This document shows, in pieces, positions 1-19,057 of a stretch of DNA of 64,000 nt (within the stretch, counting starts at the first letter, position 1; every line of letters begins with the position of its first letter). Under the pieces are notes generated by a model, which was not told the origin of the DNA, made no database searches, and saw only the letters and a list, made by a program, of their open reading frames with translations. The stretch lies in NCBI GenBank assembly GCA_036172245.1, contig JAYWIR010000006.1:5084001-5148000 (forward strand), written 5' to 3'. Made by a program: the position numbers and the translations under genes. The stretch comes from Raillietiella orientalis (taxonomy: Eukaryota).

Positions 1-3000
1 CGTGAAAGCTGAAAGAAAATTCATTGCAACAGCGGATCAGCCGAAAGTACAGTGCCTGCGCTTCACACCTAAAACGAAAATAAGGATCTTTCAGGAAAAG
101 CACGTCTCCCCCCCCCCCCCTCCCCCGGAGGATCACACACCAAGCCCAAACGGCGAATCCTTCGAACACGGGTCTCGGCCGGGAGCCGCGAAGGAAGGAA
201 GAAAAGGGTCCGCACGGATGTGCCCGCGAAGGCCGCGCGTTCAGTCGGCCTGCCAAAGAGGTGGGAGGCGTCGACAGTGTTGCCAACTGTTGTCGAGGGT
301 TGGCATCGTACGGTGTAAACGGTTTTTGTGTACAGCGGTCATGCTGTGTGAGTGGTGCATGCAAGTAGTCGGTTCTTCGGTCTCGGTGCAGATGCTGGTG
401 GCCAACGCACAAGTAAACAAAGATTGTACCTTTCCATGCTCTTGGATTTTTTTTAGGTGACCCGATGGTGATTATCACTTCGTTTATTCCCAGAATTCTT
501 TTTATTTTATAGCGTTTTCATGGACTTCCGGTGCGCGTACGGAAATGCAAGTTGCATCAGTGCACTAAGGCAAAACGAAAGGTTATGCGCTAGTGTACAA
601 TAAGCAACTTTCAGGCCATCAGCTTATGATTCCGCCAAGGAAGCGTGCCCTACAACATGGTGAATAATCCTAATCATGGAATTCAGGGTTGAATTTTTTA
701 CACCCGAGGTTTCCCAAAAATGGAATCGGAAATCAGTAGCTGTCATGGAAGTTTTGAATTCAGTTCATGAGTTATGGTTGCTGGTTGTGGCACATTTCCC
801 TCCGAGCCCCAGGAAAACTGCGGCTGGCGTGTACCTGGCGTGGCAGGTGTCCCCGCCTTTCGGTCAGAAAGCATCGGTCTTTGCCTCAGGCTCTAGCAGA
901 CTGATCTGGGAACTCTAGAAAGTCGAGCGCCGATGCTTTAGCCTGGGGATGCTGCTTGCATCATTTGGTATATCTCGGGGAAGGTGGCTATTCCCAAGGA
1001 ATGGTATCGACAAATGTTCCAAATATGCACATATACGTCCCAGAATTAAGAAGAAGTATGTTATTCTAGTTACTTTACAGTCGAAGATTGTACTAAGCAT
1101 TTTTTTTTTTTTTTTTTTTTTAATATATGAAGCAGAAAGCACCAACACCTGGACTTCAATTTATTGTCATTTTTTCAGATTGTTCAATAAAGGATATGTA
1201 TTTCACTACCATGAGATTACTGCTCCATAAAGTGCCATACTCTTATTAACAGCCTTAAGAAATAAAGTTATGTCTTAAAGATATAAATAATATTTGTCTT
1301 GAAAATGAAAGGTTTTCCTCACATACATGAAACGTCATGTGCTACAAATACTGGCAGACAAATTTTTGTTTTGTTTTTTGTTTTCATTTTTGTTCTCTTA
1401 TCACATTTCTTGACAATTCTTAATTCAGAATTGTTTACGCAGTTTTCTTTATTCCTTTTATCAAATTGCAGAAGTTTCGACACCAATGTTCTATTTGTAT
1501 CATTCTCTGTATCGATGTATATTTAAACGAACTTGAATTTATCAGGATAACTGTCCATTGCATGTATGAGCATTAGCATTCGAATCCTTTTTTTTCTTCT
1601 TGTATTTTCTGAATAAAAGACTCATTTTTCATGTTAAGGATACGAATTTTTCTCACTTAAAACTACATGAAATACAATATCAACTTTCCGCAAGTTTTAT
1701 CACTTATGTGTCTGCCATCTATGCATGTGAGCAGTTTACGAAGCTTCTGGTAACCTGTACTAAACATTCTTGTCAATTACTTTTCTCTGGTAATACCAAG
1801 AACTTTCAGCAAAAGTCATTTTATGGAGTACATTGTTTTTTTTCTCAATAATGGTTCAAGTTTTACTTATGAATTCTAACGGAATTGATCGCATCTGTCT
1901 AGAATCCCAGTTTCATTACATCATTTCCGGTGTTTTTTCATAAGAGACATTACACACAATGAGATGATGATCAACTAGTAACTTAACTAATATGCAAACC
2001 TATCTTACATAGAATTCTGATTATAAAATTAACTTTAGGAATACAGTAGTCAGCAAGAAAGAAGTAATGAGTTTTAAAAGTCGATGACTTGAATATTGCC
2101 GGCAATTCATGTACTTTAGACTTCATAAGGAGAGCCAGATTGATTAATTGAAAAGCACTTCAGTAGCATGGTCGTAAACGGATGTCAAGCTGACACATGA
2201 GATCATAGATAGGATCTATTCGGACAATTTACTTTCCATTTACCTCAGAATCTTTGATACTAAGTCCACAACAAAAGTTTACATCTTTCAAGTTTATTTT
2301 GGATAACTCTGTAGGCAGCGTAAGCAACGTACACACACATGCGTATTGATTAATTGAATACTTTTATGTTGTTAGACTATTGATTGAATATTGCCAAAGT
2401 GGGGACATCCCACTTCTAGGTGAGTCGTCCTAAATTAGGCCGTAACACATTATGTGCACTCCTTAAAGATTTTTTCACCAGATCACGTCAAAATACATTT
2501 GAAGCACTTTGGTGAGTCAAGTTGCTGAACAATTTTTTTGAAAACGATGCAAAAATTCCAAGTATTACAAAAAATCAACCTTTCAAGATGTTTCAGAAAG
2601 TAGACTAAACATTCCTAACAGTTTTCCAAAATTTGTTTCGTTTGGATGCTGGACGGACTCCTAGGGAAAAAAATAAACTTTTATTGCGTACTCTCATTCC
2701 GCTGGTAAGAAAAAACGCAGTATTTGTGTTAAGGGTTCCGCTTATAACCTCCTGGAATTTTAAAACATTGCATAATCCATTGGAAACTCAAAAGTGTGAT
2801 AAGCGTTGCCATTAACGTTTATTCACTGAATTAAAGCCAACAAAGGAAAGCCACATCAAAAGACTCGAAAGCTTTTTAGCTAAAAATTGTATTCACAAGT
2901 ATGGAAACTAGGATTTTGGATTCATTTTCAAAAGTCAGTCTACATTACTTGTCTGAAAGCATCGGTGGAAGATTGGCGCTTCTGAATGAAATCTGTATTG

Positions 3001-4724
3001 TGCCCAGCACTTTCTATTGGATGCTATCTATGAGTTCACCAAATTTAAGACTGCTATCAACCCTTACTGAATAATCATAAAGACTGAAATTTAATTTCTT
3101 TCCCTAAAAAATCTTTCAGAAGAAAGTTTCCAGAAAGTGAGCAAAGATATGCAAGGTCTGGAACCAAAGGTCTGCAACTGGGAACGTTACCTGACTAGCT
3201 TAATTTTTTCCCAATTTCCATGAAGCTTATACTTATTGATCTCATTTCTCTCAAACAGTTCCAAACCTTGCTTTTCACCTTTCCTGTTCTTGGTTGGGTG
3301 AATTTAATCTTTTTTTGACTTCAACAAGGCAATCGGACAAAAACAGTGCAGTCATTAGCATCCATTTTCCACCATACTCTGGGGCATGTGCAAGTATAAG
3401 AGATCAGGATGACGAAAAGGTGGGAACAGAGAAGGGGAAGGGGGAGGGGGACACGAAAGTTTTATTGGCGCTTGGTCGCTGGTCTCCCAGTGACGTTGTG
3501 GTCTGCTGCTCTGCTTACTGGATTTTTGCAGAGTGTGGGTCTTGCTGGCACCTTACCGCCACTTCGTGTCCCTTTTGAAGAGTTCGATGGGGAAACTTGT
3601 TTGCCCACCTGTTACATCACTGGTAATCAAACATGGTTTAATTGATCAGTTGGCTAGCTTCCATTATTATTCGAATCATCTAATTTTGGTATATGATAAT
3701 TTGCTTCGTTTTGATGTTCACGCACCTGATCATCATTGCAAGAGTTCAGAATAATAGTCCGATAACTGTTTTCTATTTTCGCTTTTTTCTCGTTTAGATT
3801 GATTGATAAGACAAAACAGAAGCTTCGTGTATATCACATCTGCTGAACTGTATGTCTTGACATTTCTGAACTCTTGCTGTGCTGATCTGAACACCTGACT
3901 TTAGTGGAAGGTAGAACGTACTGTGTTTTTTACCTTTTCTTTTTCTTTTTTGAGTATAATAGCTGATATTTTCCGATCATACCATAAGTGCATATGCAAA
4001 TTTCTAGTTTGGATGTTTATGTGTTCTCGGAAACGTTATTCTATTAGTATTCTTTACGCATAGTTTTCAATATAGGAGTACAAAGTCGACGGGATGTGCT
4101 TCATCCAATTTGAAGCACTATACTGAATGAGTCTCAACATAGAACCAAATTAACCGAAAGAATTTAAAGCTTATCTAGCATCTTCATTTTCTGAGACGAA
4201 ATGCATTACTTTTCCTTGAAATCCGAAGTATCTGTAGAGTATGATTTGTCGGACCCTTTTGAAACCAGAAGTTTCAATGAAGTGAAAGGCAAAAGTAATT
4301 GACAGGTTTCTAAAGTATTTGCATCAAGCAATGATTTATGTGCATTCATTGTCTGTGAAGTTCTATGTTTGTCTCAATATTGGCTTAAAAAGTGTAAACA
4401 GCAGGTATGATATTCTCAAAGTTATCTTCCTTTTATTGTTTGTGTGGCAAAAATTTCTTGACTTGGTAACACTTGAATTACATTGTTCCTTGTGCATGAA
4501 TCTGTTTTTCCCTAGTGTACGATATGTTGATATTTCAAAACTGTGAGCAACTCTTAATGATGAAGTTAAAAAATACTACCTGCAACCAATGAACGCAGAT
4601 GTGTAAAAGCTGAATGTGCACCCGTGAACAGTCAACACATGTGAACCTTGAATTTAAAAGCCTTCAACACTTAACGAGTTTGTTCTAAAAGTTAGCAGAA
4701 CTGTAGACATCAAATCAAGTTCCA

Positions 4725-7102
<2,378 letters not shown>

Positions 7103-7985
7103 ATTTTTGCGTGTTAAAAGAAATGGAAAAGTTATAAAAAGTTTACGATGATAGTTTTTTACCTGTAAAAAATACTGAATATTTTTTGTTTTAGAATTCT
7201 TATTTCTGCAATTATAAGAATAGGATTTTTGAATTCCTTAAAGTCACTACTTTAGTCTCTCTCTCTCTGTAAATGATGAACTATTTTCTTGAATATCCAC
7301 AGTTCAAATTATGATGACAAACATCTGGAATTCCCAATTATTTACTGTCTCTTAACATATGAAGCACTTGGCAGTGGTAGACGTTTTTCTGCAAACTAAG
7401 CTTTTGTTTTTGAAATCTGAATAATTTTTTATACAGGAAATAACATGATTCCTTTTTCAAGGGATAAGATGAAATTAAACACAAATATCTCACAAGGTGA
7501 TTCGAGATATGCTGCAATGCGATTTTCAGTGAAATCAAAGGTATAAATGATCTGTGCCTAATAAAACTAAACAAGGTTAGAATATAAAATTGATTCCCCA
7601 TGCAGTCATCATCCATTGCAAAAACTAAATGAAATGTGCAGGCATAACCTGATTAATGTAACATGCATTACTTTGTGTTCCATCTGATAATCTAATACCC
7701 TGCAGGTGTAATCAACATCTAGACTATACACAAGAAAGATAATGCAATATATTTGATTTAAATGCAATACAGCTGGTTGATTGATATACAGTAAGAAAAT
7801 AAACCATTTGCTTCAAATGCATAGTAGTCAACAGTTTCCACTTACTGGGTGTCTTCTCCAGAAGAATCATTCCAGGTGAAGCAATAAAAACATGATTCCA
7901 AAAGTTCTCATTATTAACATGATAATGTTTACATTTACAAGCCAGATATATTTTACATATGTAGGTTGCAATTTTATGGGCTCAA

Positions 7986-9984
7986 CTATCCTTTGTTCTG
8001 AGTGTTTCCATAGCCAATACGATGCTCATCATGCCATTCACTCCAGGCACGATCTTTCTGCAACTGCTTGTCTTCATCTTCACTTTCTGAATGCTGCTCA
8101 TCTGCACTAGCTACTTGCTTTTTAGGCTGACTAGACGTACATGCACGATCTGGAAATCTAAAAAAAGGCCAAAGTAATAATTAGCAGTAACAAACAGATT
8201 ACTAACAATCCTTGCTTCACTCTCTCATCATAAAACTCTTCAACAGACATGACAGGCAAACTTGGATATCCTGCTCCGAGAACTTTTTTCTCAACTGCTG
8301 TCCTGGTGATCATAAAAGGATGGAAGTTCGGAGGATGCACCCTGGGAGGTTTATCTTCATGAGGTTTTGAACAAGCACGCTGTCTTAAGATGGATTTCTC
8401 TGCTGATATTCCATCTAATTCATCAATTGTTTGATTGCATGCAGCACGCAGCTGTGACAGATAATATTCCCTTTTCACATCCTCATCAACATCTTGACAA
8501 TTTTTCATCTGGTTCTCGAGATCGTCCATTTTATGTTGCAACTCTTGAAGTTCTTTGAACCTCTGAATCTTTATGTTACGCACATGCGCTTTTTCCATTA
8601 AACTTTTCATATCATGTGAATGATGATGCTGTGAATCATCATGCTGTATCTCGACTTCTATTGCTTTAGGTATTCTGTAATCACTGATTCCATAAGTTAA
8701 ACATCTGTGTAAAAAATCCTTAAAGTAGACTTCTGCAATTTCTAAAATCTGTACTCTGTTTACAAGCTGCAACCGAAGAGTGAGACTACCCAGAAGGAAG
8801 GGTAGCATGAGATATTTCAGAGAATCAGATGGAAGTTCCTTGTAATCTTCATTTCCACTAAACATATCTAAAGCAGATACTAGTTGAGTGATTTTCTCCA
8901 ATTTCTTAATGGTTTTCTTCAGTTGGATCTAAGAGAGATTCTTATTTGAAAAATGATACTACAACAAATGCATGTCACTGAAAGATAGCAATACAACTTA
9001 AAATTAGCACTTTAAATCTGCAGACATTGTTCAGGTTTTTATAAAGCTTGACTACCTACCTAAGCAACAGTACCCAACATGAGGAAAACCATCTACACAG
9101 TATTTTTTTTCTGAAATTTGTTACATCTTCCATACATGGAATTATATTTTTCAGTATCATTTATTGTTGTGCAATTATTTTCGATGACCGATAAAGAAAG
9201 AAATAGCTGGACATTGATCAGTTGTGAATGTACAGAAAAGTATTGATGAAAATCACAAATGATCAAATGGACAGATAATGTACCATGTTAGTTCAAACAG
9301 TGCATAACTGATATATGCTTGCATGTATGAACATTGAATAAGCTCATGCACTTACAAAATAGATGAATCAAACGCAGATAAGGGTGATTAAAATTGGAGT
9401 AGTTACAATTCTGAGATAACTGATGGGACATGTGCTCCTCAACAGGTGGGAACTAAGAATCAAATCCTCAAGTGTAAGGAGAGGCTAAAGTTTATACACG
9501 ATACAACCACCCACATATAATCCACAAATACTGTATTTCCTTCCCATATTTAAGGGTTATGGTATACTGGCCATGGAGATTTATGACAAATCCTATTTCT
9601 AGTCAGTTACAAAATACACATGATTGTCCTATCAATTGAAAATTTTATTTTTTTACGACTGCACTTCCGTAAGTGCTGTCTAAAGTATTCAAAACATTCA
9701 ACCGCGATCCTACACTCCTACACTCAACAGGAAACATCTGCGGGTATTTCTGCAGAAACAGATTTGTACACATCACTGATTCGTGTATTTGTTATTCGAG
9801 GATGTGGACGTATAGGGCGAGTGCCGAGTTTGTCACTCACCTGATAGGGATCTGCATTTGTGGGCTCGCTGGTTCGATCCAAATACTTGTACTCTTTAAA
9901 AGCTTCGTTGTACAAATCATTTAGGTTAGTGTCGTCGAGAATTTTTTCATCCTTGGACTGGGGTTGGTTGTTGGTGCTACTCAT
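7986..9984 (-). CDS. IGBP1: Immunoglobulin-binding protein 1 / alpha4 / Tap42, PP2A-family regulatory subunit, about 345 aa
   Basis: Exons 9984-9841, 8928-8207, 8157-7986 (1038 nt, phases 0 and 2 consistent). Tap42-family motifs LDMFSGNEDYKELPSDSLKYLMLPFLLG, RNIKIQRFKE, KVLGAGYPSLPVMSVEEFYD and C-terminus DRAWSEWHDEHRIGYGNTQNKG*, which resembles the conserved alpha4 ending. Confidence 0.95.
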
Positions 9985-10186
9985 TCTGTTACCGTTCTTA
10001 TCCTTGTTCACTGGCTATTTTCGGATTTCAGGGCAGTAAACCAACACTTCATTCGGTTGGAAAAAATCAAAAATGATGTTTAAAGAACTTACTTTCATCG
10101 ACGACACACCAATGCTTGCAGCTTGGCGAAATTCTAGGAGCTGTCCGAATGCAACAGGCCACGCCAAGTAGGATAAGAATAAGATC

Positions 10187-10206
10187 TTACATAAGACCTT
10201 ACATAA
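10187..10206 (-). promoter_or_regulatory. Two tandem TTATGTAA (D-box / PAR-bZIP-type) motifs about 200 bp upstream of the IGBP1 ATG
   Basis: TTACATAA on + at 10187-10194 and 10199-10206, within a short ATAAG-rich repeat. Function is inferred only. Confidence 0.3.
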
Positions 10207-13200
10207 GTTCTAAGATTCGTGATCCATAAATCGAGTGCAAATCCAAACACACATTGCTGTCAACGTGCTGTGTGTTTTTCTGTTTTCTTTTTTCCTTCTT
10301 TTTACTGCCTCCTTCGCGACTTGGAATCACAAAGCGGTGCACAGGGGGATCCAAGCTGGAGCTCCAAAGGTGTCGGGTGAGATTACGACTTCAAGGGAAG
10401 TTCGACGTTGCCAAGAACCAAGAAAAAAAAAAAAAAAAAAATGACGACGACGACGACGATGATGGCTTTCTGTAATCACTGAAATGGATCCGAGAATGAT
10501 CTTCGAAATCCACTCTCGTGTTTTGATTTCGCCGGAAGCCGCAACGGCTGGGCGGCGTTGCAGGGACTGCGCAGGGCGCCCGCGCGCCCCCTACCGCGCA
10601 TGGGTGGAAGTGAGGGTCACTTCGGTTTCTACAGCAAAACACCTCCATGTGAGAAACGGTCCATTTCGGAGCTTATCTGCGTGCGATGAATGCAGAGTTT
10701 CTTAATGGACATGCCGAAGAGAATCCACAGGCGGTGATTCCGCAGCTTCCGACCTCAGTGTGCTTCTTGCTACTTGATTCGCGTTGATGGCATTTGCATA
10801 AGGGCGGGGGATCCATCAAAAGGTTGAAGGATCGATAAAGGCATGAAAAGGGAATTCCAGTAGTGTCGCGAGTTTAATAAGTAGAAAATTCAACCAAAGT
10901 TGAAGGCGTTCGCGAGCTTGCTTGATTCACGGGGCTGTAAAAAGTAACGAGATGCCCACGGAATGATGGCTTGTGTCGGTATTTCGGTGAGAATCCAAAC
11001 GATAGTCAAGCCTCAAGGATTTGCACAGATCCAAGCTGTACTGGCATCTAAGAAACACAAGGGGAACACAGGGGGTAGTGTAGCATTCTACCTTCTGCAC
11101 AAAAGGAGCGACGTAGTAAGATGGCGAAGGAAAAACTACTGGGACAAACAAGCAGGTTGTCCTTTGAAGAGGGGCCGAAAGAGAAACCCGCGTGGAACAG
11201 CTCACGCGAGCGAAGCTACGAAATCATGTTTGCTTGCTGATGATTTCTGTACTTTCGTTGAACATCGTTTCATTGAATTCTACAACAAACTGGAGTGCAG
11301 GCCCCCAGTTTCGATCCAGTTGAAGTGAACCGTTCAAGCCTGGGTGATTAAATGGAGTCATGGTCACAGCACTTCGTTTGGTGGGCAGTGTCTTTATTTT
11401 TCCACTAAAACGGATCGGTGGCCTAACAAGTGTTAGCAGTTTTTTTGTATCTTTTCTGTGGAAGCGGAAATAATAAAGAAAACTGACTGCAATTGCTTTG
11501 CCATGCTGAGGAGAGCCAAGCATCCTTTTGCAAGATGGTTTGTTAACATGATTATTTTTTTTAATCATCCAATTAATTCCAAAGTGTTCCATTGACAATG
11601 AGGCGATAAAGTGGTACTGTGTTGAATGCGAGCAACTTTGGTATAAGTGTATGTTGAATACATGCATCCATTTGAAATTTGATTGAAGTGGCAATGCTTC
11701 TGATGCTGCACCACAAAAAGAAAAATATGAGACACGTAATTTCAGATTGGTCATCCCCTTTTTCCGAAAATTGAAAAGTGAGGGAAAAAAGATCATCTGG
11801 GACACCATACTTTACACTTATGCCAATGAAGAAACCCCCTTGGCCCCAAATAGCGATATTAATTACTAAAATAACTCTAACCGTATTCAAGATACAATCG
11901 AATTTCTTGGGAAAGTTGACGAGGAAAGGCAGCTGCTTTCTTGGGGAGTTTTAGATGAAAAGACTGCTGAAAAAACTGGGACTTGGAATAAGTAAATCAA
12001 TCATACTGTTGCATCCCCCTGACGGGGATGGGCGGGGAGGGGGAGAGGACTGGAAAACAAGAAGAGGCATAGACAATTTGAATCTTAGGACTATTTAATG
12101 TTCTCTAGAAGCAATTCTATGATCGTACCATGCAGAAGAAACTGATTCAATCCTGAGAGAGAATTCGATGGAAAATTTTTATTATTCATCGGTTTAATTC
12201 TGGCATTCCTGGTTTGCTCATTACATGTGAAAGAAACATTAAGAAATCAGCTGGATTTTTACAGATTACGGATTCTGAGAGCAGAGTATGTTCAGAAGCT
12301 GCAGAGCTCTTCTCCGAAAGTTTAGGCACGCCAAGATAACATACACATGGGTAAATAACATTCCCCTCGTTCCCCACAGCTCCCTACGATCACCACAGAC
12401 TAGCGCCAACTTCGTTACGACGCTTGAATTTTCCTATTCCTGAATCCCAAAATAGATTCGAATTTGCTGGAAAGAGATTCTCTGGCCATGGCGCTAAGGA
12501 TGCTTGATCAGGCTAATCCACAAGACACAAACGACAAAGTGAAGAGGAATTCTGCAATGCCAGCACTCCAGGGCTGCGATTCCTGTTTGCGAGCAGCGCA
12601 AGAGTAGTGTCTTCTACCTCTCGGCTGCATTGCAAATCCGCCACACGTCCGCGGCAGCTCGCCACGTGGTCTCAGGCAAGCAGTTTTCCATATGATCGGC
12701 ACAAGAGGAGGCTCGAAAGTAGGCCGACCCCCACTCAGCTGGCGCGAAGATCTTCGCCATGGTAGCGGCGGGGTTTCAGAGCTCGCGGTACGCTTCGGAG
12801 ATCCGGCACGCACGAGGTCCATTTGGAAGGGAAGAAGTCCAGGAGCGTGCTCGAAAGGTGGCTTGCCTGCCTGACGGTGGTCGGTGCTCCGTGGACTCAG
12901 GACAGATCAGAAAGCGAAGAGGACAGTCGCTCCCTCAGAGGGGTCGCTGGCGGATGCGAAAGTCGGCTGGAGCGTTTCGTGGAGGTGCATTTTCCAAGCG
13001 TGAAAGAACAGCGTCTGTGGATGGCGCCCTGGAGAGACTTCCGGAGACTGCCTTCACGGACGGAGAGGTTCCGAGAGACGAGACGGCCCGTGTCCTCCCG
13101 TTGGCCAGACGGGAAACCTCGGGGGAGGTTCCACGCTCTCGCAGACATCGGTGTCCGCGAAAAAGGGAAGAAGCACAGGGAAGGATGAGGGGGGGGGGGG

Positions 13201-14937
13201 TGACGACCCGAAGAATAGAGGGCGGGAAAGCTCCTTGTCCCCTCCGGCAGAGGCACCCCAGCACGGGAAGGCCCTGGCAGGAGCGCGCCTTCTCGCGCTA
13301 GCACCGCGTCTGAGAAAGACGGAAACGAGAGACGCCCCTTCGCGTAAGGAAAAGAGGAGAGGGAAGAAGGCAGGAAGCGAAGACGACAAGGAGGAAAACA
13401 GGAGGAGGAGGAGGAAGAACTCGCGGCTCCTTCCCCTGGCAACAGCCGCCGCCAGCAGCGGCACTCACTAGCAGCTTGGGCCCGAGGAGCGTGCGTCACG
13501 ACCGGAGGCGGCGCTTCGGCAGCAGCTCCTCCACCCCCGCGCTGCTCGCTCCGTCTTCAGGGCTACAGAGCCGTGGGGAGAACCGAGAGAAGGAGGAGCG
13601 GAGGCTCCGTCCCGGGAACGCGGTTGGTTGGCGGGCGACCCGAAAACTCCTTCTCTCCCGAAATTTCCTCCCTCTCGCGTGAGAAAGGGAAGAGGAAACG
13701 GGAATCTCATACTCCCTGGAGTCCCGGAAGCCGAGATCCCCGGAAACGGGAAAGCAGGAAACCAGGAGGGAACCCGAAGGCTTCCTTCCCGGCGAGGCAC
13801 CCAGTGGAGAGAAAAACTCGGAGAGAGCAGGGGAGCTCGCGGCTCCCCGAAAGTCCCGGGCGTCCTCGGCGGAGCCCCTGCGGATCCTCCGACCCTCGCG
13901 CTCTCCTCCGTTCAACCGCATCGCTCCCTCGCTGGGTGCTGGAAGGCTGCTTAGGGGAAGAGTGGCCACCTGCGTGCCCGGCGGGTTCGAGACGGGGCGG
14001 AAGCGGGAGTCCAAAATCACCCCAGTTCCTTGCCCCTCCTCCGGCGAGTGACCTTCCACCCTAGGCAGTAGCCCCTGCGGCATCCTCTGCCCTGCCTCTG
14101 AGGATCTCCGTCCTCGGGCTCTTGGTTACGCCACAGGGGAGGAGCTCGGGCATACCGAACCCCACCTGCCACGTTTCCAGCAGTGGAGGCCCTGCCTGTG
14201 CTCCCCTTGGCCATCCCCCCCTTTCTAGGATTGCCTCTCGGGGATGACCTTCAATCCTTCTTCCAACCCTTGTCCTTCCGACTTCGCCGCCAGCTTCCCT
14301 CCATTTCCTCTCCTGCCGCCATGCGTCCGCGCGAGAAGCCGTGCTGACAAGGAGTTCCCTGGGCTCCCTGGGGAGGGCGGGTGGCGACGATGAAGGATGG
14401 AAACTGAGAACCGCCGGACGGCCCTCGCGTGGTCCTGGACGGTCGACGCAGACGGCCGAGGGTTTCGCGCGGACGCGTTCTGGCGTGGGGTTCGAGCGCA
14501 GCAACGTGCTGTAGTGTCGAGGTAGGGAAGAAAGGAAGAGGAAGAGGAGGAGAAAGAAGAGAGGAGGGAGAAGGAAGGGAGGAGGAGAGATGTGGAGCGG
14601 AACGCAGCGATGCCACGATCCTCTTCAGGCGGCGCTGGTTCTCCGCAGCCTGCTCGCCCTGCGGGCAGCGCGCGTGCTGGCACAGCTGGCATGGCGACCG
14701 CCGCTTCCCGTAGGAGACACCTGCGCTCACGTGGCGACGGCATTGGCGAGGAGGCTCGAAGGACGGTGGCGTGCCCGTGCCACGCGCGGTTGTTCTGCCC
14801 ACCGGACGAGCGCCGGATAGCATCGCACTTAGACGACCCCTCCCTGCCCAACCCCGTCGGGCTTCCCACGTCTTCCCGGACCCCCTGAGACCGCGAGGCA
14901 GGGGAGGAGGGTCGGAGCGGCGCTCCTGCAGGGATCT

Positions 14938-14943
14938 TTTATT
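14938..14943 (-). terminator. Probable polyadenylation signal (AATAAA) of Pitx
   Basis: TTTATT on + about 50 nt past the Pitx stop codon, in otherwise GC-rich sequence. Confidence 0.6.
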
Positions 14944-14991
14944 GCACTGGAAGACGCGGAGGGAGGGCGGGCGCGTGGGTGCGTGGGCGGG

Positions 14992-19057
<4,066 letters not shown>

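Noticed and set aside
4557..4615. ATGATGA..CTGA C/D-box-like pair (similar pair near 1964-2020)
   Set aside because: Only about 55 nt, no terminal stem or recognisable guide; expected by chance in AT-rich DNA.
10963..11328. 121-aa + strand ORF divergent from IGBP1
   Set aside because: No recognisable domain or convincing splice structure.
11600..12100. Possible Gypsy integrase relic (YCVECEQ, PWPQIAIL, HPPDG)
   Set aside because: Motif spacing does not match well and matches are too short to support by eye.
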